DNA of 38,719 nt from Tubiluchus corallicola. Lineage: Eukaryota > Animalia > Priapulida. The translations under genes were made by a program, and so were the position numbers. The notes beneath the pieces were generated by a model that saw nothing but the letters and a program-made list of their open reading frames with translations, was not told the DNA's origin and ran no database searches. The stretch lies in the NCBI GenBank assembly GCA_030141605.1, contig JAQGDQ010001481.1, forward strand, positions 1-38,719, in the 5' to 3' direction. Positions 1-12,663 of the stretch are shown one piece after another (within the stretch, counting starts at the first letter, position 1; each line of letters opens with the position of its first letter).

Positions 1-388
<388 letters not shown>

Positions 389-777
389 AAGTGTTAATTT
401 TAACTCAACACACCACCGCACAATAAACCAGACGAAACAGATTCAAATAACGTCAAACTTTACAGCCAGCATAAAAATTCGATCAATACTGCAGCCTTAT
501 AATGTCTGCGAGCAATAAGGTTTGGAAAAATTTCTCAAATAAAACCTTCCACAATCAATACCTCGCGAAAACAAACACTAAAAATCTTAAAATAGCGTTA
601 ACACTCAACTGACAGCTGTATAAAAATATAATTTAAGTTGACTGAACCTGTTACGTTACTCAGCTATGTTATCAGTACTAGCACACCACAAGCAGTTTAA
701 TTTCGTCAAGCCTCTTATATAACCTGCGCTAAACGCAACGGAATTATGAATAAGTTGCAATATGACAAGTAATTTCA

Positions 778-1285
778 AATCCGACCCAGGGGGTCGAACT
801 CCAAGATGGCATAGAGGTCTTGATAATGCGCATCACGAAGATTCATTTTATTATCGGTGTGTCAAATGTCAATTTTAATTATAAATGTTATGCTAATTAA
901 TTAAGTTAATGTCTGTAAACTAGTACCATATGCTTGTTATAGCATGTCATTTAACTCTCATAAAATAAAATACACAAAAACTACACTGTACGGAGTTTAT
1001 TAATAGCACTAATAAAAATAAGGAACAAAATACACGTGCACAAAAAAATAACTAACTAACTCATTAACAGCGCTACACCCGGGGAGCACCTGTGTCAGAA
1101 AAATCAAGGCTGTAGTGACCTCTACACGCTTTTATACTGGCATTCCAGGTCAGCTGGCTTCTCACACCAGGTGTAGGGCCAAACAAGACGTCTGGACCTA
1201 CAAGAAAGGGGTGAGTCGCTGCTGACGTGGAAGCAGAGCGTGTAGAGGGTCCTACACCTGACCCGACATAGGTGCCTCCGTAACA
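778..1285 (-). mobile_element. ~500-bp dispersed repeat, solo-LTR-like (family B, copy 1)
   Basis: Reverse complement aligns by eye to 15445-15965. Starts TGTTACGG on the minus strand and carries TATAAAA and AATAAA. No clean TSD found, so the LTR identity is inferred. Confidence 0.7.
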
Positions 1286-1589
1286 ATATGATAGATACAT
1301 GAGAATACGTGTACAAAAATGCAGGACTAACTCATGCGTGATTACGCTTTAGGTAGATAAATTGCTTGCAGGCAGATGATGAAAATGTAATTTTACGACT
1401 TACTTTATTTTATTAATTTGCAAACATATTCAATTAATGATAATTATTACACTAATTTACGTATCCATGCATCTACCGCGAGCTGTAGGTAGAGGTACTC
1501 TTGGTGTTATCATATGTCTATGCAACTAGGCCTATAATAACTAATAATAAATACAATAAAAAGAAGTAAGTATGGTGTGAGAAGTATAG

Positions 1590-1877
1590 TAATAATAATA
1601 ATAAAATATATATATATATTATATATATATATTTTTTTTTTAAGTCGGCTTTTGGGTCAACATTAACATTAGCTAAAGAGCTATTATCCCGACTGTAAAT
1701 AACATACAACTACATAACAGAGATTAGTATTACCCCACTTTTACCTTAAATACCACGCGTAAGGCAGGGCAACAGCAGGTACCATTTTTAAAGGTTTTGG
1801 TATGACCGGCCGCTGGTTCGAACTCACGACCTCCCAGACGGAAAGCAGACGCATTACCACTAGACTAAACCGTCTGG
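1590..1877 (-). mobile_element. tRNA-derived SINE (copy 1), central region resembling a Meta-type domain
   Basis: Minus strand has A-box TAGTCTAGTGG (1857-1867), B-box GAGTTCGAACC (1815-1825), then GGTCATACCAAAACCTTTAAAAATGGTACC and an AT-rich simple-repeat tail. A second copy lies at 18158-18432. Confidence 0.85.
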
Positions 1878-2127
1878 TAAAGTGATGTTTGAGTATGTGA
1901 ATGTAAGTGCATGTCCTGGGGGGGGAGGATAGTAGAAGGTCCTTGTTCTCGAGGGTGTTGCATGGTAGTTATAAGGCCCTTCATGGCTCTTGGACCCCGG
2001 AACAACACACGGGCTGGACTCCCCTCTAATAAGCCCTGGTGAATGCGATAAATATAATTCGTTTCTCTTTTACTGCAGTTGTTGTGTAGAAAAATGTCGG
2101 CCAAGATACGGCTTGCGTAGTTGTAGA

Positions 2128-2928
2128 CAGGGTGGGTGCTACGAAGTGCGCGGGCCCAATTTGAAAATTGTTAGTGGCCTAGGAAGTGCGCAGGCCCAAT
2201 TAGATAATTGTTAGTGGTCTAGGAACTGTGCGGGCCCAATTAGAAAATTGTTAGTGGCCTAGGAAGTGCGCGGGCCCAATTTGAAAATTGTTAGTGGCCT
2301 AGGAAGTGCGCAGGCCCAATTTGAAAATTGTTAGTGGCCTAGGAAGTGCGCGGGCCCAATTTGAAAATTGTTAGTGGTCTAGGAAGTGCGCGGGCCCAAT
2401 TTGAAAATTGTTAGTGGCCTAGGAAGTGCGCGGGCCCAATTAGAAAATTGTTAGTGGCCTAGGAAGTGCGCGGGCCCAATTTGAAAATTGTTAGTGGTGC
2501 CCTCTACCCTGCAAAAGCTAAAGATTTGATGTTTTATGCTTCGTACATCAGTCTTAGTCAAAAAGTGTTAATCGTTTGAGGCTCCGCCATTAGCCGCAAT
2601 GATATGTACTAGAAATTGAAAACTTGTATGAAATATTTAATATTTTGTTACAAGTGAAAAAAATTACTGACATACTGTTTGTGCTTGTAGCTTCAAAAAC
2701 AAAATGATAAACTGAAATTATAAAACAAATAAACAAACAATCAGTAAAAAAACAAAAGAGCATTGATTTACGATGTCAGACTGTATAATTTCACTGCCAT
2801 CACAGTATCAAGAAACTTCGTGCAAACTGGACACTCATTAATTCATCCACTCAGCTCGAGCGTTTGTACCAGGGCCCCTCCTGCCCGCAGGCCCCAGTTT
2901 GCAGAAAATTGACTTAAAATCGGCCCTG
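2128..2928. mobile_element. hAT-type non-autonomous element containing a 40-bp tandem array
   Basis: Termini CAGGG...CCCTG flanked by a perfect 8-bp direct repeat GTTGTAGA (2120-2127 and 2929-2936). Confidence 0.85.
2143..2498. repeat. 40-bp minisatellite, ~9 copies
   Basis: Unit AGGAAGTGCGCGGGCCCAATTTGAAAATTGTTAGTGGCCT. Confidence 0.95.
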
Positions 2929-3027
2929 GTTGTAGATGTTCCTACGACTATTAAGTTGACAATGGTCCTCGACCTACATACTCGGGTATAGCCTCAAGGA
3001 CAGTATCCCTACTAGTGCTGTAGGTAG

Positions 3028-3175
3028 TTGGCTCAGTTCCAGCACACATAGGCGATCTAACGCAGCTGTACTTGGCTCAGTTCCAGCACACATAGAATAT
3101 CTAACGCAGCTGTACTTGGCTCAGTTCCAGCACACATAGAATATCTAACGCAGCTGTACTTGGCTCAGTTCCAGC
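3028..3175. repeat. 44-bp tandem repeat, ~3.4 copies
   Basis: Unit TTGGCTCAGTTCCAGCACACATAGAATATCTAACGCAGCTGTAC starting at 3028, 3072, 3116 and 3160. Confidence 0.9.
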
Positions 3176-4814
3176 GCGCATACGCACGCACGCTCCAATG
3201 CAGAATCCCCTGCCGGGATCTTGCGTGCAAAACGGAAATAGTCTCGTTTATCCCAAAAATGTAGCCTGAAGTTTAACCAGCTTTACTAAGTGTGGAATTA
3301 AGCCTCGGTATCAACGGAAAAATATTGCTACGTCGCTGCTGCATTTCGTGTCGTTGCAAAGTGTATGCGTGCTTACATAACAAAATCGGGCACAAGTTGG
3401 CAGTTAAGCTTTAGTTGCTTGCATCTCCATTTCATGTGGATCATTTTGATACCAAGTTCATCGCTCTATGTTATTTTTAAGCTGAGATAATCCGCGTTGA
3501 AGTTGAGGTGCAGGCTGCACACTGAAAAATATAACCTTGAGAAAATCGCCGTTAAAGTCAGCCATTGTTTTTTGTCGCGTTTCTACACAACACTTAGCAA
3601 CTGTATGAATGTTGGTTGCTACAGACTTTGCAAGAACACACTGAAGTTATGTTTAAATCCAGTAGATGGCTCTTACTGACGAAGATCAGGGCTTGGCAAC
3701 AGGAAAGCCCGAAGCAAAATAACTACTATTGGGATTTGAAAATACAAGTTTTTTCACAATTTTAGTACTAGTTTTTAGTCAAAGAAGTGGGTAGGGGTTA
3801 TAAAATTAGATTTTTAGTATTTTTTGAACATTTTTCTGGCAATTTCATGCTAGAATATAAAAGTCCAATTTGTTTAGCGTTTGTTTTTATAAAAAACAAA
3901 AAAATGACGTTTTACCAAATTTTTAGTGCATTCTGCTCTGAAACATCATAACGTAGTATTTAGAACAAAAAGTGTCCAGAGTCCAGAACTAAGTGACCAC
4001 TGCAACTGGTCCGTTGATTCATTTCCCCACTTTATTTGGAGTTTTAGCTGAACAAAAATTCACACTAAACTCTCGGAGAAGCATTTACTACGGCATAAAT
4101 TAGTTTATTAATTTCCAAAAAATAATCAAAAAAATCATAGAAAATTGCCACCTCGAGCAGCCGTCGTAACTTCATCAACTAAACTAAGTCACACAAGTAA
4201 CGAAATCAGGTTACAAACAAAAACCATATTTCTGTTTTAAATGATTTTTTGAATTACGAGATAAATCTCGATGCTGCCCGACTTTCAGATTTCTCAAATT
4301 CTCGAACTTTTGTAATTATGTAAAATGAATCTTACTATGAATAAAAACCCGCAATGAGAAAGAAGGAAAAACAAAAGAAAAAACAAGTGTTTTTTAATTC
4401 GTTGTAGTTGTTACTATTTTTGTCACTAATAGTGTTATGAACTGTGCAATCCTTAAAAACAACAGGCAGTTTGTTAAAAGCAGCCTAACACAGCACAAAT
4501 GATTTACAAGTAGAGTACTATAAATGCTTTCGACGCCACAAATCCCATGATAATTACACAATAAATGGTATAATGTTTCGCTAAATCATTAAGACACTAC
4601 AAGTAGTTCATAAAACGGGCTGCATAAATACCACATATTATAATATGATTAATATTGAATATTGGTTTTATATAACGAGAACCTGGGAGACAATCTGTTA
4701 TCGGTCCTAATATAAGACAGCATCCGCGAAGTGCTTGTAGTGTACTAAATAGACAATCATTTTCATGATTGAACATCTGCGGCAGTTAAAATTTGCCAAA
4801 AAAAGTAAGCCTAC

Positions 4815-5021
4815 CTGACTTGGCTCTATCACAGCTGTCTTTACTTTACTTCCAAACTTGTGCGACAGAGCACACCCACCGGCTCCACCTCCCACTATAA
4901 CTAGTTCATAATGCGACGCGCCCTTGCTAGCAGACAGTGAAATATGTCTGCAGAGTTTTTTAACACTGGATCTGGTCCTGCAGTTCCTAAACAGAGTAAC
5001 TGCCATTGCTGATGAACCCAT
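4815..5021 (-). CDS. SQOR: Sulfide:quinone oxidoreductase, mitochondrial; first coding exon (69 codons)
   Basis: Arg/Ser/Lys-rich, acid-free N-terminus (presequence-like), then HYELVIVGGGAGG (FAD-binding GxGxxG) and AVIEPS, matching recalled human HYEVLVLGGGSGG...AIVEPSE. Phase-0 donor CAG|GTAGGC at 4815/4814. The next exon (HxYQP...) was not found in 1-4814. Confidence 0.85.
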
Positions 5022-5084
5022 ATTTGCAGCTTTCGTGAAACAGAATTCACTTCTACAACAAACTCACTCAGAAATACTGCAACA

Positions 5085-5265
5085 AAACGTGACGGGGGGT
5101 GTAAAACCTGCCCTCGCTCAGATACGTCACGTGATCAACACGACGTTACCGATGCGCATGCGTGGTTCACGTGCGTGTGAGTTATGAATCAGAGAGCGTG
5201 TGCAGTTGTTTCGCCAAGTCTCGAATCTGCAGCTGACGGCTGTGATACTTATTGAAATTGAGCGG
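5085..5265. promoter_or_regulatory. Putative bidirectional SQOR/DNPEP promoter
   Basis: CpG-rich stretch with GTCACGTGAT (5126-5135), TGCGCATGCG (5153-5162, NRF1-like), TCACGTG (5167-5173), and a plus-strand donor-like GCG|GTAAAG at 5264/5265. Confidence 0.55.
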
Positions 5266-5368
5266 TAAAGTTGTTCACACGTTGCATAATAATGCGCGCC
5301 TGCCCTTTTGGTGAACCAGAGTATTTTGAATGTAATCACAGCTTTGAGCAAGCCGTACACGCTCTTAA

Positions 5369-5825
5369 CCCTTTCATACCCGTTGTATCCCGTGGGATAC
5401 GAGAATATTTTCTGCCTTTAAAATTGGCAAAATTTTAAAACTGACAGTTATTTGGTCTGTTAATAGTTATTTTCATTTAAGCCAATAACAATAGACTAAA
5501 AATGGTGTTAAAATGGCAAACTAGAAAATCTACATAGCATAAAAAACTGCGCAAGGTACAGTACTTTAGAGACGACTTTGTACAGATCAGCATAGCATGC
5601 ATACTAAATGTCTTAAATACTTTAAAAAATTATCAGCAGTTGCAAAATGAAGCACATTTTATGCTTCCATTGAATCCCAATGTATCCCGTGTGATACAGG
5701 CTATATCTAGTACGCGGGCACAAGTAGAAAAAAAATTATTATGTGTAAACAAGATGGACATACTGAACAAAAGTACCAAGCCAAAAAAATTTCCTTATTA
5801 AAAAAATAATTTGGGACTGAAAGGG
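5369..5825 (+). mobile_element. piggyBac-type MITE (family A, copy 1)
   Basis: TTAA|CCCTTTCA...TGAAAGGG|TTAA, two internal GTATCCCGTGGGATAC-like near-palindromes, four copies in the window. Confidence 0.92.
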
Positions 5826-6450
5826 TTAAATTTTAGTGTTTTTGAACTTAGCCTTAAAGGAAAAGAAATGGAGCACCTGAAGTAGGTTTCAGAAAAATTG
5901 CCTTAAAAATTATACTATTTTACAGCAATTTTATTCACATGTCGTATTCGCGTTGAAAGAAATTTTCGTTTTGTTTTCATTTTAAATCTCCCGCAATACT
6001 GTTCGGACGGTGCCATTACATGACGTCACTAAAACACGTAAATCAGTGGAAGAAAGGGCAATGTTAAATTATGACCCAAAAATTGTTTGTTCACGCGTTT
6101 GTTCTTTGTAATAGAAGCCAAACAGTCACGGATGAGTGACCCATTGCATGACCGTTTACATTAATTCGCTACTTGCCCTGGGAAGTTTCTGCTTAAAAAG
6201 TTAGCTGTCGGATCTGAAATGTGCAAATTAAATAGATCTAGCCACTCGATTCACATTTGCACAGTGCCAAAATGTATAAAAGATATCTTACACAGTCTTC
6301 ATCTTCATTCAGTTCATATCAATAACATTGTCATTATTATCATTAGGCTGTAACTTAGGGTGCCACATTTTGAAGGAACCAGATTTTGGGGGCCCAATGG
6401 TAAAAAATTCTCATTGCCTTTGGGAATATATAAGAGCCATTAACACAATA

Positions 6451-6837
6451 AGACTTTTCACAGTTCCAGTGATTGATGATGATCATTAAAAGGTCAAAGG
6501 TTAAGTGCACCAGACAACACATTTGTGTACACTTGACAATGCCTCACAGCCCAAGCTGTTGTAATAGTAACAGTTTTAACAGCTAGCTAGAACCTTACCT
6601 AGTTCATTTTTTCTTGTTCCCAAACAAAATCCTTCTAGTAAATTACACTATGCACAGACCAATGCATAATTAAGTAAAGTCCACGTAAAACAACTGAAGT
6701 CACTGAATTGATGCACCAGCTGGCTTTGCTTTACTCACATGACATGCGATTTTTGCAGTTAAGACATATTACTGTGTTACACTTTACCTTTGACCTACAC
6801 CAACTGCGCGTGTGCACATCGAAATTGTGAAAAGGCT
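6451..6837 (+). mobile_element. TA-TSD MITE (family C), unexpanded 387-bp copy
   Basis: AATA|AGACTTTTCACAGTT...AATTGTGAAAAGGCT|TATT. Colinear with 34671-36578 and holds one 40-bp unit at ~6578-6617. Confidence 0.85.
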
Positions 6838-6984
6838 TATTAAATTTATATATCCAATTATATTTTCAGAAAATCGCTCATTGGATTATTGAAATAATCC
6901 TGAAATTAAGTTGTAGCAAAAATAAAAAGTGAAGTAAGTTTAGAGAAGTAAATTAATATTAATAAAAGAGATCAACTTGAAAAA

Positions 6985-8020
<1,036 letters not shown>

Positions 8021-8379
8021 ATTATTAGTATTGCTACATGCTGGAGTTCGATTCAATGATTAGCATTACAAATCATCCTCTTTTAAGTTCAGCGTTTATG
8101 ATTGTTACTCAAAATCAAATTATTTTACGAAAGGTATGCAAGCAACATGGATGACAGCGATGAATTAGGGGTACTTGGAGTTTATGCATTACACAATCCG
8201 TAAAACACTAATATGTGTTTTACAGATTGTGTAATGCATATTGTATAAACACAGCAACGACGATAATGACTGTGGTCGTACTCATGTTTTTGATTAACAG
8301 ATATTACTGACTGTGACTGACGCTCACTGGTATACCCTTCGTCTCGTAGTTATTGTACAGTTCTTAATAATAATATTTA

Positions 8380-8491
<112 letters not shown>

Positions 8492-8943
8492 TTCAGAAAT
8501 TTAGCTACGAAATAAATTTGAAATCTTTGATAGCCAGTTGACTGTAACCATAGTTATTCACGATGATCACCGATTAGTCTACAAAGATTTTGCGTATTGT
8601 AATGGCGATGCCGTGTGTAAACGACCACCGGTCACCGGTCAATGTTCAATTCTTTCTGCAATTTTTTAACGTTTTCTAGCAATAACAGAGCATCGTAGTT
8701 GGAAGGCAGAGGTGATTATAGCGATAGGTTTATTGTAAGTTTTTCTAACCTAAGTTTATTCTTCTGGGAGTGAGTTTATTGAGAAAATGCTGACTGGCTT
8801 GTGTAGATCACCGTGCATTTTATTCTGTACTACTACTAGGCTAGCTGCCATGATCTCTCATCAGTAATGATAAGCTTTAAGTATGCAGAAGGATTTTATG
8901 ATGGCACCATTTCGTTTCTTTGAAAGTAACGTTGTTATTAGTA

Positions 8944-9291
8944 TAGGGTTGCCAGATTTGAATATGAGAAATATGGGACATAAAATATCTCTTTAGACTT
9001 TACATTTCTAGAATTATTATTATTATTATATATGAATTTATACATGCCTATACACCCAGACTGATATATTATGTAAAAGTAAAGACGTGAGTTCAAAACA
9101 TAGAGAGAGTTGGAAACAGGCAGCAAACACGTCAGTGTTATCTTGTCCCCTGTCCTGCACTGACCTTTCAGGGACACCCAATGTCCCTGAAATACATCTA
9201 GATTAAATATACATTTCTGCTACTTAGTACTTAATTTAATACCAAATCTATTTTTAATACTATAATACCAAATCAAGATTTGGTATTAAAT

Positions 9292-9331
<40 letters not shown>

Positions 9332-9774
9332 ACAGATATACAAACACCTAAAAAATGTCATGAGCCTGTAAGTAAACTTGTATTTTTAATAAGGGGCAGC
9401 TGATCAAGTGACCAATAAGTCTTTCGCTGCTCCTTCTCGGTTGCAATGAAATGTAAAAATAATTATGACGAATCTTAACTGCTATTGAGAAAATAAAATT
9501 GAATTGAATTTTGTGAAAACATCTAGCAACACTGGTTTCCTCATTACATTTGGGTTGTTTTCATCAAAACAATATGAGAAAAGAAAGTATTATCACTTGT
9601 AAAGTTGCAACTAACGACCGTAAGTAGGTAGTAGAAATATATTTTTATTATGAAATTTGAAAATGAACTAAATACGGGATATTGATGAGTGTCCCTGAAA
9701 GGTCAGTGCGAGACAGGGGCCAAATTTTTCAAATACGGGAGATGTCTCATTATACGGCACATCTGGCAACCCTA
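8944..9774. mobile_element. hAT-like non-autonomous element
   Basis: 14-bp TIR TAGGGTTGCCAGAT / ATCTGGCAACCCTA. Subterminal ~31-bp inverted repeat (CCCCTGTCCTGCACTGACCTTTCAGGGACAC ~9147-9177 vs 9689-9719). Decayed 8-bp flanks TATTAGTA / CATTAGCG. Confidence 0.8.
9395..9510 (+). mobile_element. LINE/SINE 3' end remnant nested in the hAT-like element
   Basis: GCAGCTG...GTGACCA...GTCTTTC.CTGC..TTGAGAAAATAAAA(TTGAA)n, shared with 19686-19810. Confidence 0.5.
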
Positions 9775-9941
9775 CATTAGCGCTGTCGTCGAATTCCAAA
9801 AGCAGAGAAGTAATCTTTCATCCTAAAATACAACCGTGTTTTGCATTTCCGAACAATTATGGAACGGGCATCATAACACGTTGACACATACTGGACCTTT
9901 TTGTCATAGTCCTATTATGCTTGGATTGAATTGAAATGATT

Positions 9942-10428
9942 GACGGCTCGTGTATAGGTACTGTGGAACTGCAGCACCCCCTATTTTCACTCAATATTAT
10001 CGATAATATTCAATATAATAAGTCTTCTTTCTTTAGTTCTTTCTTTATACTTGTACGGAACCGGAGCACGTGAGGGTAGTACTGTTTGCTTCACAGCCCA
10101 GCAGTGTGGTGTTTGGCTGTTGTGCGCATGCGGCCATTTACACGTGTCTGAGATAACATGCTGTATGCTGCAGCATCTGCTGCTAGGTAGAGAAAGTACT
10201 GTCGCTCACACAGTGTGTTGTCACCTCCTTAAAAACTGTGTATCGGTATATTCTTGAGCTGTGGCAATTTAGGCTGTTTCTTAGCAAAACAATTTTTTGT
10301 TTAGGATTTTATCAAACGTATGTATAAATTTTTACATGCCCATTTGTTTCATTTTACACAGTACTAAGATAGTGATGAAAAATTTTCTGAAACAGCACCC
10401 CCGCACCCTCAACTATGAGCCGCCCCTG
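9942..10428. mobile_element. Degenerate hAT-like MITE
   Basis: Right end GAGCCGCCCCTG, partial left match GACGGCTC, and CAGCACCCCC motifs near both ends. No TSD. Confidence 0.35.
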
Positions 10429-10560
10429 ATTGAAGTCTAAATTTACCAGGTTTCTGACTTATTATCATTTTCCTGATAGAATTGTGAGATTTATGATAGT
10501 AATTAATGACTTCCTTTTAGGTATTAGCTGGTAAGCAGTACATTAGACGCACCCATAAAC

Positions 10561-11904
10561 ATGGCAGCTAAGCAATTTTTGCAATTCATCAACAAAGCCC
10601 CATCACCGTATCACGCCGTCGAAGAATTCCGGAAGAGTTTGGTAGCTGCCGGCTTCCGGGAGCTTAAAGAGTCGGAGACCTGGAGCATTCAATGCAACGA
10701 GAAGTATTTTGTCACCAGGAACAAATCCACCATCATTGCCTTCGGCGTAGGTGGCAAATTTAAGCCCGGCAACGGCTTTACGATCATTGGTACTCATACT
10801 GACAGTCCGTGCCTGAGGGTAAAACCAAATTTCAACAAGGAGAAAAACGGTTACCTTGAGGTCGGCGTGGAATGCTACGGTGGCGGCATCTGGGCCTCGT
10901 GGTTTGACAGGGACCTTACAATAGCGGGAAGAGTTGTGGTAAGAAACGGAGAGAATATTGATCACCGGCTAATTCACATAGGCAGACCGATTCTGCGAGT
11001 GCCAAATATTGCCATTCATCTGCAGCGAGATATAAACGAAAAATTCTGTCCGAACAAGGAGAAGCACGTCCAGCCCGTTTTAGCTACAATCGCAAGAGAT
11101 GAACTGGAAAGAGGTTCCGAAGCCAACAAACCACCCCTTTTATACAAGCTTATCTGTGATGAGCTGAATGTTGCCAAAAAAGAGGACATACTTGGCTTCG
11201 ACTTGTGCCTTGCCGATACCCAACCGGCCGTTCTGGGTGGTGCTTATGAAGAATTTATTTTTTCTTCTCGGTTGGATAATCTTCTCAGTTCGTATACGGC
11301 CGTGCAAGCGCTGATCGAGTCATGCAAAGACGACGGAATGAAAGACGAGTCCAGTATCTTGATGTTGAGTTGTTTCGACAACGAAGAAGTCGGCTCGGGG
11401 AGCGCCCAGGGAGCCGGATCATCTTTACTGGAGTGGATCCTACGTCGCCTGTCCGTCGGTGATTCACCCACGGCTTTCGAGGAAGCCGTTCCGAAGTCGT
11501 ACATGCTCAGCGCCGACCAAGCGCATGCGGTGCATCCCAACTACAGCGACAAACACGAGGAAAATCACATGCCGGCGATCGACAAAGGTCTCGTGATAAA
11601 AACCAACTCGAATCAGCGGTACGCGACGACCGGCATTACGGCAGCGGTGCTGCGCGTGGTAGGAGAGAAGGCCGCCGTGCCGTTGCAAGAGTTTGTCGTC
11701 CGTAACGACATGGCGTGCGGTAGTACCATAGGCCCGGTAATGGCAGCCAAGCTGGGCATGGCGACGGCCGATATTGGTCCACCGCAGCTGAGCATGCATT
11801 CTATACGTGAGATGAGCCATGTGACCAACGTCCAACACTGCTTGGACTTTTATAGAGAGTTTTTCAAGAGCTTTTCATCCATATATGCGAAAATGACTTT
11901 TTAA
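10561..11904 (+). CDS. DNPEP: Aspartyl aminopeptidase (peptidase M18), 447 aa, single coding exon
   Basis: Motifs PSPYHAV, GTHTDSPCL, YGGGIWASWFDRDL, AIHL, RLDNL, FDNEEVGS, SADQAHAVHPNY, NQRYAT, CGSTIGP and SMHSIRE, so the metal ligands are present. Acceptor TTCCTTTTAG ends at 10520, 40 nt before the ATG. Confidence 0.97.
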   Translation: MAAKQFLQFINKAPSPYHAVEEFRKSLVAAGFRELKESETWSIQCNEKYFVTRNKSTIIAFGVGGKFKPGNGFTIIGTHTDSPCLRVKPNFNKEKNGYLEVGVECYGGGIWASWFDRDLTIAGRVVVRNGENIDHRLIHIGRPILRVPNIAIHLQRDINEKFCPNKEKHVQPVLATIARDELERGSEANKPPLLYKLICDELNVAKKEDILGFDLCLADTQPAVLGGAYEEFIFSSRLDNLLSSYTAVQALIESCKDDGMKDESSILMLSCFDNEEVGSGSAQGAGSSLLEWILRRLSVGDSPTAFEEAVPKSYMLSADQAHAVHPNYSDKHEENHMPAIDKGLVIKTNSNQRYATTGITAAVLRVVGEKAAVPLQEFVVRNDMACGSTIGPVMAAKLGMATADIGPPQLSMHSIREMSHVTNVQHCLDFYREFFKSFSSIYAKMTF

Positions 11905-11936
11905 ACCTCGACAATTGAATTACCAATGTTGTAGCA

Positions 11937-12070
11937 GGTATATCATTGTAGTAGAGGGTGTGTGTGACCGGACTACCATTGTGCTGGTATATCATTGTGG
12001 TTGAGGGTGTGTGTGACCGGACTACCATTGTGCTGGTATATCATTGTAGTATAGGGTGTGTGTGACCAGA
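11937..12070. repeat. 49-bp tandem repeat, ~2.7 copies, in the probable DNPEP 3'UTR
   Basis: GGTATATCATTGT... recurs at 11937, 11986 and 12035. Confidence 0.9.
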
Positions 12071-12663
12071 CTAGTCAGTGTTTATTATAATTGGTTGAAA
12101 TGCATTTTTACTTCAGGTTTTTTTAATTACTACACAATTTTAGTTGTGTGGACAATATTCTTGATTATTGCAGATCAACATGATCATTACACAAGATATT
12201 CAGTCGGAAACTATGTACTCCCCCTTCCAAAAACAAATATAACGAAACAGTCATCAAAATATAATGCTATTAAAATATGATCATCAATTCCGCGTGAAAT
12301 GAAAACTCTTAATCTTTATCAATTTAAAAAAGCATCAAAGAATTACCTACTACAACGGTATAATTAACTCACAATTTTACTCATCCTGATCTTAAGTTAC
12401 TAACAAAACTTATTTTGTTCTAATGTCTGTTATAACTGATGAAAATGTAATGTTAATTCTCAATTGTTTCACTTATCTGGAGGAGGACTCGAAAGCTCAA
12501 TGTTCCTTCCCCCTCCTCACAGTAACTCGCATAGTTTATTTTTTTTTCAATGTTATATCAATTTGTATGTATGTTTGTGCTGCTGTGGAATAAATTCATA
12601 ATTCATTGCATTTTCTTAGCACAACAGTGCATATATAATGTGAACATATATGTGATCCAATAG

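Noticed and set aside
1805-1877. tRNA gene
   Set aside because: A and B boxes are present, but it is the head of a ~250-bp repeat found twice with a simple-repeat tail, and the cloverleaf stems are poor. It is a SINE.
3670-3720. CTGACGA followed by a GGGCTT/AAGCCC hairpin (hammerhead-like)
   Set aside because: The hairpin is not adjacent to the box, is followed by GAAG not GAAA, and stems I and III are absent.
4707-4814. C-terminal part of the 104-aa minus ORF
   Set aside because: Read-through into the intron after the CAG|GTAGGC donor; similarity to SQOR stops at EPSQ.
10603-11838. Antisense ORFs overlapping DNPEP
   Set aside because: Shadow ORFs of a GC-richer coding sequence with no recognisable motifs.
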